NCBI GenBank assembly: GCA_013239625.1
Contig: MU053873.1
Coordinates: 74,524 to 138,523 of the forward strand
DNA length: 64,000 nucleotides
DNA from: Lama guanicoe
Taxonomy: Eukaryota
Direction: 5' to 3'
The notes under the pieces were generated by a model, which was not told the DNA's origin, ran no database searches, and saw nothing but the letters and a program-made list of their open reading frames with translations. Position numbers and translations under genes: made by a program. Below, one piece after another: positions 24,601-36,455 of the stretch; the first letter of the stretch is position 1, and every line of letters starts with the position of its first letter.

Positions 24601-27482
24601 CCCAGAGAGGAGCCTAAGACAGATGTTCACTCCTGGCCCAGGTACCAGAGGCAGGCCAGGGCAGAGCTGGAATAGAAGTCTGGGCTCTGAAGCCAGATGG
24701 TGGCTTGAGAGGAGTTTCGCTACCTAGGTCGGGCCGAACCCCCGGCTCCCCGTGTTCTCCAGGCACTCTGTGCCTCCTTCAAGCAGCCTGAACTGCTGGC
24801 AGCAGGCGGCCTGCCCTCCCAACAGGCCACAGAGGGGCCCTGCCTCTCCCAGGTGCCAAGACTCTTGCTTCTAGGCTTGGCTCTGCCTCCAACTTCCCAC
24901 AAGCCTGGAGCCTTTCTCGGCTTTTCCTCAAGCCATGCCCCGCGTCCATTAGCAGAGTGGATTTATCGAGTGGATGGAAAGGGCACTGGCTGGGAGTCAG
25001 CTGAGCAGGGCTCTAGTCCTTCTCTGCCGGCAGTGCAACACTGTGTGACTTGGGGCAAGTTACTTTACCTCTCTGAGCCTCAGTATTGTTATCTATCCTA
25101 CAGGAGGGTTGAGATTGTATAATGGCCAAGAACTCTTTTGGTTCTACAGGTTGAATACTCCAGGTTCTGAGACTGCCAGGGGAAGGGTTTCCAGAGGGTA
25201 CCATTCTGTTACCCAGAACAGGCGAGCAGTCCCTGCCCCAGAACAAGCCTCCCACAGCCCCTCTTCCCTTACCTCGGAGCCAGCGCAGGAGAAAATAGTC
25301 ATCTGGATTCGGCAGGGTCGGCAGCACATCCTGGACATTCTCCCGAAACTGTAGGGAGAGGCAGTGGGGTGAGTGGCAGGTCCCACCCTGACCACCCTCT
25401 GCCCGGGACTCTCATAGGAGCCTTTGCCAGACCCCGGCTCAACATGGGTCAACTCTGCCAACACTGGCTGAGCCCCTGCGCTGCACAGGACCCTCTGTCT
25501 GTCGTGCTGCGGGGTGCTGGGTAGCAGGAGGAAGTGGGAAGGAAGTAAGACACTGCCCCTGCCTGGCTGTGCGCACTGACACACTCTGGAGTGATGGGTG
25601 GACAGATAGTCTGGTATGTGCTACAGTAAAATCTTCAGGTTTTTAGTCAGTTTACCAAGCATTCCTCGTGTGCCCAGCACTGAACTTGGCACTTCTTCAC
25701 TCCTCACTCAGAGTCTCTAGGGGTATGACTGCTCCCATTTTACAGGTGAAGGAATCAGAGCTCAGAGAGGCTAAGTAACATGCCCAAAGTCAAACAGCTA
25801 GTAAGCAGCAGAGCTGGGATGCAAACCTGGGTCTGTCCCAGGCCACAGCATGCACTTCCCACGTGGTATTCTGCCCCTTTAGTAATGGAATGGTGGGCAC
25901 TGTGCCCGGGGACCAGAGGGAAGGAAGAGCTTGATTCTGGCTGGGGCCAGGAAGAGGGTGGTCTCATATGACTTTATATTAAAAAATGGCATTTGACTGG
26001 GTTTGAAGGGCCCTAAAGGCAGCAGGGAAGGGGAGGAGGCAGTCCAAGTGGAGGGAACAGCTCCAGCCAGAAGCCCTGAAGGGGGAAGGTGCAAGGAGTG
26101 CCAAACAAGAGGTGGACAGTGACCCCAAGGATGGCCACGCCCACCTCCAACTGCTGGCTACCCAGTAGGTGAGCGCACCCCAACGTGTCCTCCCCAAGCC
26201 TCCTGCTCCCAGCCACTCACCTTTCCCTAGTCACTGACCCTGCGGGGCAGCCTCAGACAGGACCAATGGGAACCTGCCACCTCTGCCCCTTGCCTAGGTC
26301 AGCCAGGGACTCAAATCATCCAATCTCCCAAACAGCTCCCAGACCCCCAGGGAAACTGGCGTGAAGCCACCCCTCACCAAGGACCCTAGCCAGCCCCCGG
26401 TTTCTAGTTTAATCACCACCTAATCCCTTCTCTGCCTGACTTCCCCTGCAGGTCAGCAGTAAAATCTGAAACCTCCCTATCCAGCCTCCCTGGGATGGGG
26501 AGGCCCAGCCTGGGGCAAAGCCTTCACAGGGCTGGTGCCTCCGTCCCACTGCATAGCAGGAGACATCTGCCCCCACCCCTTCCCAGCTGTGGAGCCTCCA
26601 AACCTTGAGACTGGACTCAGTTGGCTCCAGCTCAGAGAACAGCAACCTCTCCTCTCCCCAAGGGCATCAGAGGAGATCCAGGTGGCAGGGAGAGGGCTGG
26701 GCTCTGGAACTATTGCCCCCTCCTCTGCCCAGGCGACAAGGCAAAGCCAGGCTTACATCCTTGCCTTCTGGAGAGCAGCATCAGCCCAAGTCCCCAGGCA
26801 GGGAGGGGCCTGGGTTGCAGGACAGGGGAAGACTGGTCTCAGCTCAAACTAACCCCAACCCATCGAGTCACCCGCAGGATCCCAGGCTTCGCACTTGAAG
26901 GTACCCCTTCAACATCATCTGGCCCAGTCTCCTCAATTCATTTCCTCAAGGAGCAAACGGAGAAGGACCGGTTTTGCCCAAGGTCGCAGGGAGCCATCCA
27001 AGTCTCCCAAGGAGCCCTCTGGGCCCTCCCCATCGCGCCCCTGCAAGAGGAAAACCTCCCGGAAATGGGAGGAAAACTGGGGCCCTGCTCCTGCCCCTGC
27101 CCCTGCCCCCAGGGCCCGGCTGAGAGCCCGGGGGATGAACGTCGCTTTTGTGCCCTCAGCTGCCTCCGTGGGCTTCCAAGCAACCGCTTCCTCCCAGGTG
27201 GCAGCGCCAAGGGCTCGCTCGGGACTGGGGCCGGGGCGGCCAAACTTCCCCGGGGCCCCCTCGGCGGCGGAGGGAGGGAGGCAGGGAGGGAGGGGGTGGC
27301 GGCGGGGAGCCCGGGGCCGCCGGGTGCTGCTGCCCCCGCCGCCCCCCACCCAGCCCCTTCCCCGCTCGCTGCCGCGGGAGGACTAGGGCCACCGCCCGGG
27401 GCGGGGCCGGGCCGGCGTGCGGGCTCACCTTGGCCAGTGCCTCCTTCTGCTTAGGGCTCAGATCGCCGACTCTGCCGCTCAT
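9610..27482 (-). CDS. SEC14L2: SEC14-like lipid binding 2 (supernatant protein factor / tocopherol-associated protein), CRAL-TRIO + GOLD, 12 coding exons, 403 aa
   Basis: Exons 27429-27482 (54), 25273-25348 (76), 21034-21077 (44), 20575-20634 (60), 20140-20328 (189), 19021-19116 (96), 18824-18884 (61), 18398-18481 (84), 15212-15318 (107), 14991-15130 (140), 14536-14705 (170), 9610-9740 (131) = 1212 nt. All GT-AG. N-term [29 protein letters not shown]-term [20 protein letters not shown] is SEC14L2-type. Confidence 0.96.
14759..14842 (-). pseudogene. Truncated duplicate of the 5' 84 nt of SEC14L2 exon 11 (pseudo-exon with own AG acceptor; in-frame TGA at 14740-14742)
   Basis: Aligns without gaps to 14622-14705 (offset 137 nt) with 11 mismatches; encodes [27 protein letters not shown] then DGDPSD*. 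Confidence 0.9.
25680..25860 (-). mobile_element. MIR SINE (representative; other MIR-like cores near 5630, 5870, 6660, 6910, 13300, 14290, 23570, 25000, 27750, 28260, 50330, 53600, 59560)
   Basis: MIR core text CCCATTTTACAGGTGAAGGAATCAGAGCTCAGAGAGGCTAAGTAACATGCCCAAAGTCA. Confidence 0.65.
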
Positions 27483-27740
27483 CGTGGCTCAGGCTCGGGC
27501 GCGGCGGTTGCGGCAGCAGATGGAGCACGGACTCGTTCTCCGCCGCCGGAGTAAAGTCCCAGCCTTTTGCCGGGGCCGCGGTGGCGGCCAAGCCCCGCCT
27601 CTTAAAGGATCCCAAGGCGCGGAGTAGTGAGAGATGCGCTGGGCGCAGCAGCCTCTGACGCGGGCCCCCTCCGCCCTCTTGAGGAGGACACCTGGGCGGG
27701 AGGCGAGCAGGAGTGCCACCCGGGCCGAGGCCAGTGTCCA
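27100..27740 (-). promoter_or_regulatory. SEC14L2 CpG island / promoter
   Basis: Very high GC and CpG around exon 1; GC boxes; TATA-like TTTAAGA on - strand at ~27600-27606, ~120 nt upstream of the ATG. Confidence 0.75.
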
Positions 27741-30700
27741 TCAGAAAAACAGGAAGCATAGGTTCCAGTCCCAAATTTACCCTTAGCTCACAGTGTGACC
27801 TTGGAGGAGACGGACACCTGAGCTCTCCGGACCTTAGTTTCCCTATCGAGATGCTATCTAATGAGTTCTAAGATTAGGTTCCCGCGGTGCAGGACCTCTC
27901 CCCCCAACACGGGAGGGAGCGTGCCTGGTGCCTCTGTAGGGGGCCAGGTTCCCTGAGTCTAGACATCGCCCTGCCTCCAGCACAGTCGTATTGGCCTTTT
28001 CTCTCTGGGCCCTTGCCCTCCTCCTGTCCTGCCAGTTTTTGGACCACTGCTGCCAACCCAGGTTGGGGACCTTTCGGTGTTAACAGCCTTTCCCCTCTAC
28101 CTGTGGGTCAGGCAGGCGCGCAGAGGGGCTCACGAGGCATAGACCCCATCGCTCCTCACCGGGGGGGGGGGGCTGTCCTCTACTTCTGACCTTCTCAGCA
28201 CTCCAGGAGAGGCTTCCAAGGTGCTCGCACCCCTGGCTGGCATGGAGGGGTGCTTCCTCCCAGGGAATCAGAAGACCTGAGTTTGAATCCTACATCTTCC
28301 ACTCCTTTTTATGAGACTTCACTCAGCAAGTGTCACCTCTCTGAATCCAATCTTCTTCATTCACTAAATGGAGGTGAGTAATCGATTTGGATTTCAAGTC
28401 AGCGTGAGAGGATAAAGCAAGCTCATATACAGAATTCACTCAGTGCAGTGCCTCACACAGCGTCCACCTCTGTGACCACCCGCAAGTCCACCATGCACAG
28501 CCTCCTTCTGCTGCCTGCCTGGCCTGGCCTCTGGGTGGGGATGGAAGAAGCCACAGTGAAAGCGATGGCCCCATGAAAGCTAGCCTCCTATCAGCTTATC
28601 TGCTTCCCCTGCTCACACCCAGGGGCTGGAGCTGTGGGTTCCCGTGTGGCTGCAAATCTGACTTGTGGGACAAGTGCCATCTGACTGTCCTGCCATGCCC
28701 CAGTCACAGCCCCTTCCCCATAGAATGAAGCCATTTCCTACTTTCCCAGCTCACCAGCCGTCCCCCTCTGCCGGGGTTCCCCCTCCCCACTCTAATCCTA
28801 CTTCCATGGCAGCAGCTGGTCACATGCCTTGGGCCATTTCTCCTCCTTCTGTGTTCCAGGCCCTAGGCGCTGCTCTGGAGACCCAGATGCCATCTTGACC
28901 TCCCAAAGGTAAGGCACAGGCACTATCAACTAGAATACAAGGGCAAGATACATGTCCCAAAGAGAGCCAGCAAGTGCCTGGGAGCTTAAAGGGGGAGAGT
29001 TTGCTTTGGGTGGGAAAATCCTAGAAGACTGCATGGAAGGAGTGGCATTGGAGCTGGGCCCTAAAATTCTGGGGTGGGAAGGAGACAGAAAAGAGATTCA
29101 CTTATTGCATGCAGGCACAATTGCACAAGCAAAGTTTTAGTGGTTGGTGGGAAGCATGGCTACAACCAAAGAGGAGGGGAGAGAGGGAGGAGGCCGGGAG
29201 GACCAGCAGGACCTCACCATGGCTCTGCTTAGTAGCATCTACCCTGCTAGACCAGGAGGTCCTTGGGCACGGGACCCTGTTGGACTCACCCTTGAATCCC
29301 CACAAACCCCCCTCCCCCAAGCACAGCATCTTGCACAAGGGGGCTGCTCAATAAATGTATGTTGAATGAATGAATGAATGCAAGAAACACTCCAGTAAGC
29401 ACAGAGCTGGGTGCCGGGGGCAGTCGGGAAGGAGGCTTAAACATAGATCATTCGGGGGTCAGGCAGCTCCTCTCACTTAACAGCCATAGAAACTGAGGCC
29501 CAAAGAGGTCATGACCTGCCCAAGGTCATCAGTGGCGTGACAGATGTGGAGAGCTTTGCCCCATGGCTTCCCTTTGCTGCCTGAAATTCATGCAGAATAA
29601 GGCCCAGGAGACTCTGAGCATCTCACCTCCCAGAGCACTGCCCCTGCCACCTCCGCACTCAGCCTCCAGGAGAGTAGAAGGCAGGCCATCCCCAGGCTCT
29701 CTGGGTTAGAAGGCAGAGGCAGCTGCAGCAGATGCTTGGGAGGATTGGCATGCCCTCCACCGGGCATGTCTGCCCGGGCACAGAGTGAGGGTCTTGGGTC
29801 CAGCCTGGTGACTGAGAGGCCCCCACCCCTGCGAAGAGTTTTCAGGAGGTCTTAGCAGCCCTGCCCTCGTTAATGACCATGGGCTTTGGATCAGGGTAGG
29901 GCATGGCTGCCTTCCTTACTGCGTGCATGGCTGAGGTCTTCCTTTAAGACCCTTCCAGGGGCAAGATGCTCTTGTCAGTGAAGGGCTTACTCCAAGGAGA
30001 ATAGAGGAACAGCCCCTTAGGTTGGTTTAGCACTTTACAGTCTACAAGGCACTTTCAGATCGAGCTTGTCATTTAAGCATGTGGTGACCTGCTAAGGTAG
30101 GCAGGCCAGATGACTTATTGAGGAATCTGAGGGAGAGAGGCAGTCACGTGAGACTGCATTTAGGGTTGTGACTTGAACCCAAGAGTCCAGCTTCCCAGCC
30201 AACCGCTCCCGGGTGCCCATGGGCTGGGATGTGGACTAGCCAGCGAGCTGCCTGCACAGGCTGTCCAGGAAAGCACCAGGAGAACATTCACCCAGGAGGG
30301 AGCTTTGATTTCAGTTGGAGAAGCTCCACGCTGTCCCTCAGATGTACCTCAGCCCTCTGGCCTCTTCAGAGTTGCTCCCCTCTCCTGTTCCCTCTTCCTG
30401 CCAGATCCTCCGGGCCTTCAAAGCCTGAGAAAATGCTGGTTTCCAGGAATCTCTCCCTGATCCACCCAACCCAATGTGACCTCTGCCAACCATTAGCCCT
30501 TTGCTCCTGGCCTTGACCCAAGGATTTAGGAGGCATGTGTGTCACAGTTTTAGTCTTGGGAGGTTGTGCCCCGGGGTTGAGATTCCTCTCAGAGGCTTCT
30601 CTGAGGCAGGAGCACTGGATGGGGAGTCCGGAGCCTGGGCTTTAGACCGCGTTCTTGAGGGAATGTGCTGCGGTGACTATTTCACAGAGAGCACTGTGGG

Positions 30701-33700
30701 GGGCCTGGCCAGGGCATCTGCCCTTGACCTCTGGGCCTTGAATGACTCTCCTCTAAAACAAGGATATTGACCTGGTGGTCAGAGGTCCCTGGGTGCCCTG
30801 CCCTCTGAGTCTGTGTCGACAACAGGGAAAGGGTGGTGCGGAGGTGGCATGGTGATTTGAGAGTTGGAGAGAACAGTCCTTTAAATCCTTCAGCAAATAT
30901 TTGTGGAACACTCTATTTCCATGGTGCCAAGAGAGCTGGAACTCTCTGGAAAGCGCTTGTGCTTGTGGGCCACCATGCAGAAAGGCCCTGCCTCTGAGCC
31001 TCCTCCCAGCCCTGCCACGTGCTGCCTTGAGTCTGTTTCCAACAATGTGGGGGAGGAATAAAGAAATCTGCCCCCTTCCCTGGGACTATGCTGTCTGGAC
31101 GGTGGATGTGGCAGAATGAGGGAGCAGTGGTGATGGACTGGCTCCTGTACCTGCCGCCCTACCCAGGTGGCCCAGGCTTCAGTCCTGAGCAGGGCTGAGT
31201 ATTTGTGTAGTGGGCATGGGGCCAGGCCCGGGGACACCTCAGAGAATGAGGCCTGCCAGTCCCTGCCCTCAAGGAGTGCCCGGTCTACCGGGCGACCGCC
31301 AAGGCAACAGGTCATTCCGGTACCGGGCATTATGGTGCAGATGGGAGCATCCTCATCAAGTCAAGGGATGGGGGCATCCTAGGTTCCCCAGAGACCTGAT
31401 GGCTGAGCAGGAGTCGGCCAGGCTGGAGGGAGCAGGAGACCTGGAGACCACTCATTCATTTATTCATACGTTCATTCATTCTTTCAGCACATGTTTAACT
31501 GAGCGCTGTGCTATTAATCATGGAGTAAATTACTGCCCTCGAGTAACTTACAGTACTGGGGGTGGGGCATGTCCAGACTGAGGTCAGGCTGCGGAGAAGT
31601 CAGAGTGGGTAAAGGGGGCGAAATAGCCAGGGCTTGGGGGTACCTGGATGTTGGTGGGCTGGGTGTCAGGAAGGACCACTGAGCAGTGAAGAGGAGCTAT
31701 TCTGGGATGCTGGAGCTGGGGGCGGGTGGTCTTTCTCCTTTGGGGGCCTGGTCATCCTTGGTGTTGAATGAGACTGACACGTCCATGAGGGTAAATTCAG
31801 GCTGTGGACGAGAGTGCCTTTGTAGGTTGGAGGGCCATACATGGATCTCCCCTGGGGGGAGGGGTATATATGGGGGAGGCGTGCGGGACGAGGAGCCCTC
31901 TTTGTAGACCCCTCTGGTTCCAGCCACAGCCCTGCCCTGCTGCCCAGAATACAGGATGGCAACCGTCTGTTTCCTTACTGCTTGTCTCCCCCACCCTGCT
32001 TTACCCACGGACCCTCCCCTCCGACATAAGGAGGCCAGGGGTCTTCAGGGACTTCAGTCCAGGAGGTGGCAGCCAGAGTTCCCCATGATGTCTGCAGCAG
32101 CTCCTGGACCCCCTGCTCTTGCCTCTCCCCCTGCATTGATGCTGTGAAAGCAGAGGAAGCAGTCCTGGACCAGGAGCTAATCCCCAGCTCCTCTGGTGGC
32201 AAAGTCACCTGCCTTCTCCGGGTGTCACTGGAGAGAAAAATAATCCTTGCTTCTTTCCCAGGGCTGCTGTGAGAATGCCAAGCAGAATAATGGCTGGGAA
32301 AGTAGTGGGTGCACAAATGGGAGGGATTATTAATACTATCATGTGTTATTTCTGAAGGAAACTAAGCCCGTCTGGCTCCTCCCACGGAGCCCACTTCCTC
32401 CTCACTTCCGCAGTCCATCCTGGCTTTGCGAAGACACAAATCCACTCCCCGCCCCACTCCCCACACCTGAACTCTGCTAATTAAGTCCCTTACCTTCCCG
32501 GGTATCATTGTCTAATCCCTAAGCCCTTTCTCACCAGTCTTCAGTTGTCTCTGGGAGTCAAATCCCTTTAGAATGAGGTGGCCCAGTTAGCTGTGAACCA
32601 AGAGGCTGGGGGCAGGGAGCAGGTATTTCAGGGCTCTCGGATGAGAGGGGAGGGGAGGGCAGGCGGGGTGCCGGAGACCCTGCCCCAGCTCTGGCACCTG
32701 CTGGCATGAGTCTGGAGATTTCCCTTGGGAGGAGTGGGTTCTCCTCACATTAGGTCGTTTCTACCCACATCTCCTGCATCCGAGACAGAATCCAGATTCT
32801 ACAGTCAGACCTGTTCATTCCGTGCTAGTGCCTGTAGGAAGCAGAACGAACGGCCCGAGGTAAGCCCACTGACTCTGCGTCTTCGTGCCCAGTGCCTCGA
32901 ACCCTGAAGGTGGTCGACATCTGTTTGTGGGCATGACCCCACATTCACTCTGCCCTCTGAGGGCTGGATCTTGACCACCCTGACCCCCTTCACTCTGCAG
33001 CACCACCCTCCTCACACCACAGTTTCACTGCTGCTCTGCACCTATCCTGTGCAATCTTAGGTGAGCCATCACCCCTCACTGGGCATCTGGGTGAGTGGAG
33101 GGAGGTGGCAACGAAACCAGGCAACCAAGAGACTGTCTAAGATTTTTCTGAGACAATTTGCTATGTGATAAGGCAAAGAGATCTCAGGGACCTCTGAGTT
33201 CTGAAAATACAGCCCTCCAGCCTAGCCCTCTGTCGTTGCAACTGGGCTTGAAGCCCCCATAGGTGGTGCGTTCCTATGAGCAAGGAAGGCATTGCCTTCC
33301 TGGAGACCAACACTGGGCTCCCATGTGATCCCATTCCCTGGGGACTAGTCTGCCACCTGGTGGCAGCTTGATCACATTACCCTGTTCCATCATGGAGGGG
33401 CCGAGGTTCGCACTTCCTGGAGCAGACACGTGTTCTTTATATGGATTTGCCCTCCCTGCCCTTCATCCTTTGGCCAGCACCACCATTCCTGGACTCGCGA
33501 AATGCCTGCCCATTTTAGGCGTAGCCTGGACTCACATCGAAGAATTCAATTCATGACAGAGGAAGAGCATCCCTGGACTCGTGCCCATGGACTTCGATAG
33601 CCTCACCACACGCCCCACTCCTGGTACTAAGTCTAAAATGTTTCCTTGCCCCGACCCCATTAGCTCTTGGGGAAAGGTACCTCACACTTTCTTCCTCTCT

Positions 33701-34002
33701 CCCTTTGCAACTTTGAGGGGATGAGGAAAGATGGGGACACGCGGGCCTCCTCCACACAGTCCACAGCCCAGCCTAGGGCCAGGAAACTTTTTATTCCAAG
33801 ACATAAGTCACTAGGGATCACAGCATGTCTGATGAAAGGACCTCCAAATTGTTTGGTCCAGCTCCCAGCTGGGTACACAGGTTAAAAAAAGGGAAGTGCA
33901 GCACCACCAATAAAAAGAAATAAATGAACAAATAAACCTAATTACCTCCTCCCCCAAACAAAAAATATATACTTTTTTTAAAACGATTGAAAAAAAAAGG
34001 CA

Positions 34003-34157
34003 GGGGGAGGATATAGCTCAAGTGGTAGAACATATGCTTAGCGTGCATGAGGTCCTGGGTTCAATCCCCAGTATTCCCTCTAAACATACGTAAATAAATA
34101 AACCTAATTACCTCCCTCTGCCAAAAATAAAAAAATTTTTAAAAATTAAAAAAAAAG
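34003..34157 (+). mobile_element. tRNA-derived SINE (camelid Vic-1-like), full length, preceded by a 5'-truncated copy at ~33900-33998
   Basis: GGGGAGGATATAGCTCAAGTGGTAGA (A box)...GGTTCAATCCCC (B box), body AAACCTAATTACCTCC, A-rich tail. Confidence 0.85.
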
Positions 34158-35723
34158 GAAAGCGGCTTGCCTGGAGGCACCCGGTGAGAACGTGACGGCT
34201 CTGTCCCTACCAGCTCCCTACCCTGCCCCAGAAATGAAGCAAACTGGGGTTTGGGGGTTTGGCTCCTCTGGAGGGGCCCACAGGACTGAGCATCCTGTCT
34301 GCCCATCCTTGGGCGTAGAGAGGCCTGAGGCTCAGTGCCAGGCTCAGTGACCCGCCTCCTCTTCCAATTGGGATCCCTTTCTTCCCTGTGGGGTCCTCCA
34401 GTCCCCTGTCTTTAGATGTTCTGCTCCCACGCAGGGCCTCTCCAGGATTTCACCTCCCTGCAGTCAGTCTCTAGTCCTTTGCTGCATGTTCCTGGGCTTC
34501 CATGCCTACCAGCAGCAGTGCTGACCTTCTCCTGCCCTCTACCGGCACCAACCCCACCCCATCCCACCCCACCCCACCCCTCCCAGCAGCAGAAGGGCCC
34601 CGACTGGGCTGGCCTGGCCTGCTACACCCTCCCATGCGGAGGCTATATCCTCAAGCTTTTGTCTCTTCCAGGATCGCCAGAGTCACCCCGTGGGAGGACA
34701 GACCACAGGGTAACTCTGGTTAGTTTACAGCAGCCCTCAGGCCCTCACTCATGGAAGGCTAGGATGTGGATATTTGTAAGGATGCAGAGATGCATTCTAG
34801 GTGGGGGTCAGTTGTGAGCAAGGAGCTGCATCTGGTAAGTGTGTGTGTGTTGAGGGGCAGGGAGGACCCCCTGCCTGGTGGGTGGGGTGGGGGTAAGGAG
34901 CAAGTAGTGGGAACAGGGATAGGAAGTCGGTGGAGCCAACGGCCTGGCTGAAAACAGGGTCTGCTCTTGCAACCTTGTCATTGGGTCTGACTGACAGGCT
35001 GGGACATCACAGAATCAGAGAAGCAAGGTAATCCGTGGACACTGAGGGGCCTCCACAGTACGTTTTGCAACGTAGGAAGAGTGATTTCCTACATTCAAAA
35101 GAATGTTAGTAACCTACGCAAAGAATAAAGAAACGAGCACTCAGGTGACTTAAAAAGCAGAACACCAATACTACTGGGGCCCCAGGGGGCCCCTCCCAGT
35201 TTCATCCCACTCTGGTGTGCTGATTTAATTCTCACTCGACTTCATTTGAGTTTTGTTACTGGTGAATACGTTCCTTTAAAGTATAGTCAGTCTTGCCTTT
35301 TGTTTTTTCACTGAGGTGAAATTCACACAACATAAAATTAACCATGTTCAAGTAAAAAATTCAGTGGTATTGAGCACATTCACAGTGTTAGGCAATCATC
35401 ACCTCTATCTAGTTCCAAAATGTTTCTGTCACCCCAGAAGGAAACCCCACACTCAGTAAGCAGTCACTTGTCATTTTCCCTCCCCTGAGCCACCAGGGGA
35501 GCCTCTGCTCCCTGTCTCTATGGATGTATCTTTTCTGGGCACATCATACAATGATATGTGGCCTTTTTGTCTGGTTTCTTTTGCCTCGAATAATGTTTTC
35601 AAGGTTCATCCACGTTGTCGTGGATGTCAGCCTCTCATTCCTATTTACAACTAAATAATATTCCATCATAGGGACACATCAAAATTTGTTTATCCGTTCA
35701 GCCATTTATGGACATTTCAATTG

Positions 35724-36249
35724 TGAAACCGTGGGGTCATGACTCAAACCCACTTCACCTGCCTTCACTCATCAAGGTCATTTTAGGACTCGAATGTTCT
35801 CCACGCAGCACGTGGCCTAAACAATAAGATGTTTGCCAGAGCTACTTTCCAGAAACTTAGAGTCAGCTGTGTCTAGTTGGAGCTGAGCTGGTTGAGACTG
35901 GGTAGGACCACTGACCCTCCAAGGAACATGCTGGAGCATGCAGTTCCGTGACCTTTGGATATCAAAGGGCTGGAAAGTCCACCCTCAGATCACGCGATGA
36001 ACGTGCAGAGGCCTGCAGCTTAGTTGCACCTGTGCAGAATGAAGATTACCTGCCCTTTCCCAATCACCCCACCCACGCCTCACCACTTGGCTGCTTTATT
36101 CCTCATCCCATGAATACGAGCCCCTTCAGAGAGGCAGATTTGAGACTTGTTCCTCTATCTTCTCACTTGGCCACCTTGCAGATTAAACCCTCTCTTTGCT
36201 GTGAACCTTGGCGTCTCAGTGGCGTCAAAAGGGACCTGGTTCGGTAACA
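35724..36249 (+). mobile_element. Solo LTR, probably ERV1 class
   Basis: Starts TGAAACCG, ends GGTTCGGTAACA, ATTAAA at 36182-36187, near 4-bp TSD (ATTG/GTTG), splits an L1 sequence. Confidence 0.7.
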
Positions 36250-36369
36250 GTTGTTTCTGTTGTAAGTGATGCTGCTATGAACACTGGTGTACAAACATCT
36301 GTCCGAGTCCCTGCTTTCAGTTCTTTTAGATACACACAGAAGTGGATCATATGGTGATTATATGTTTAA

Positions 36370-36455
36370 TTTTTTTAACGGAAGTACTGGCGATTGAACC
36401 CAGGACCTTGTGGATGCTAAGCACACACTCTACCACTGAGCTAGATCCTCCCCCC
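36370..36455 (-). mobile_element. tRNA-derived SINE (Vic-1-like), short form
   Basis: Reverse complement reads GGGGGAGGATCTAGCTCAGTGGTAGAG...GGTTCAATCGCCAGTAC followed by an A tail. Confidence 0.8.

Noticed and set aside
26621..27627. Long overlapping ORFs (277, 163, 159 aa) at the SEC14L2 CpG island; likewise 39810-40555 and 60076-60633
   Set aside because: Stop-poor CpG-island sequence giving low-complexity G/P/A/R translations with no splice or family support.
34003..34075. tRNA-like sequences (also at 36384-36455 and 63870-63940)
   Set aside because: They have A/B boxes but diverged stems, a SINE body, A-tails and in one case a clear TSD, so they are SINE heads rather than tRNA genes.
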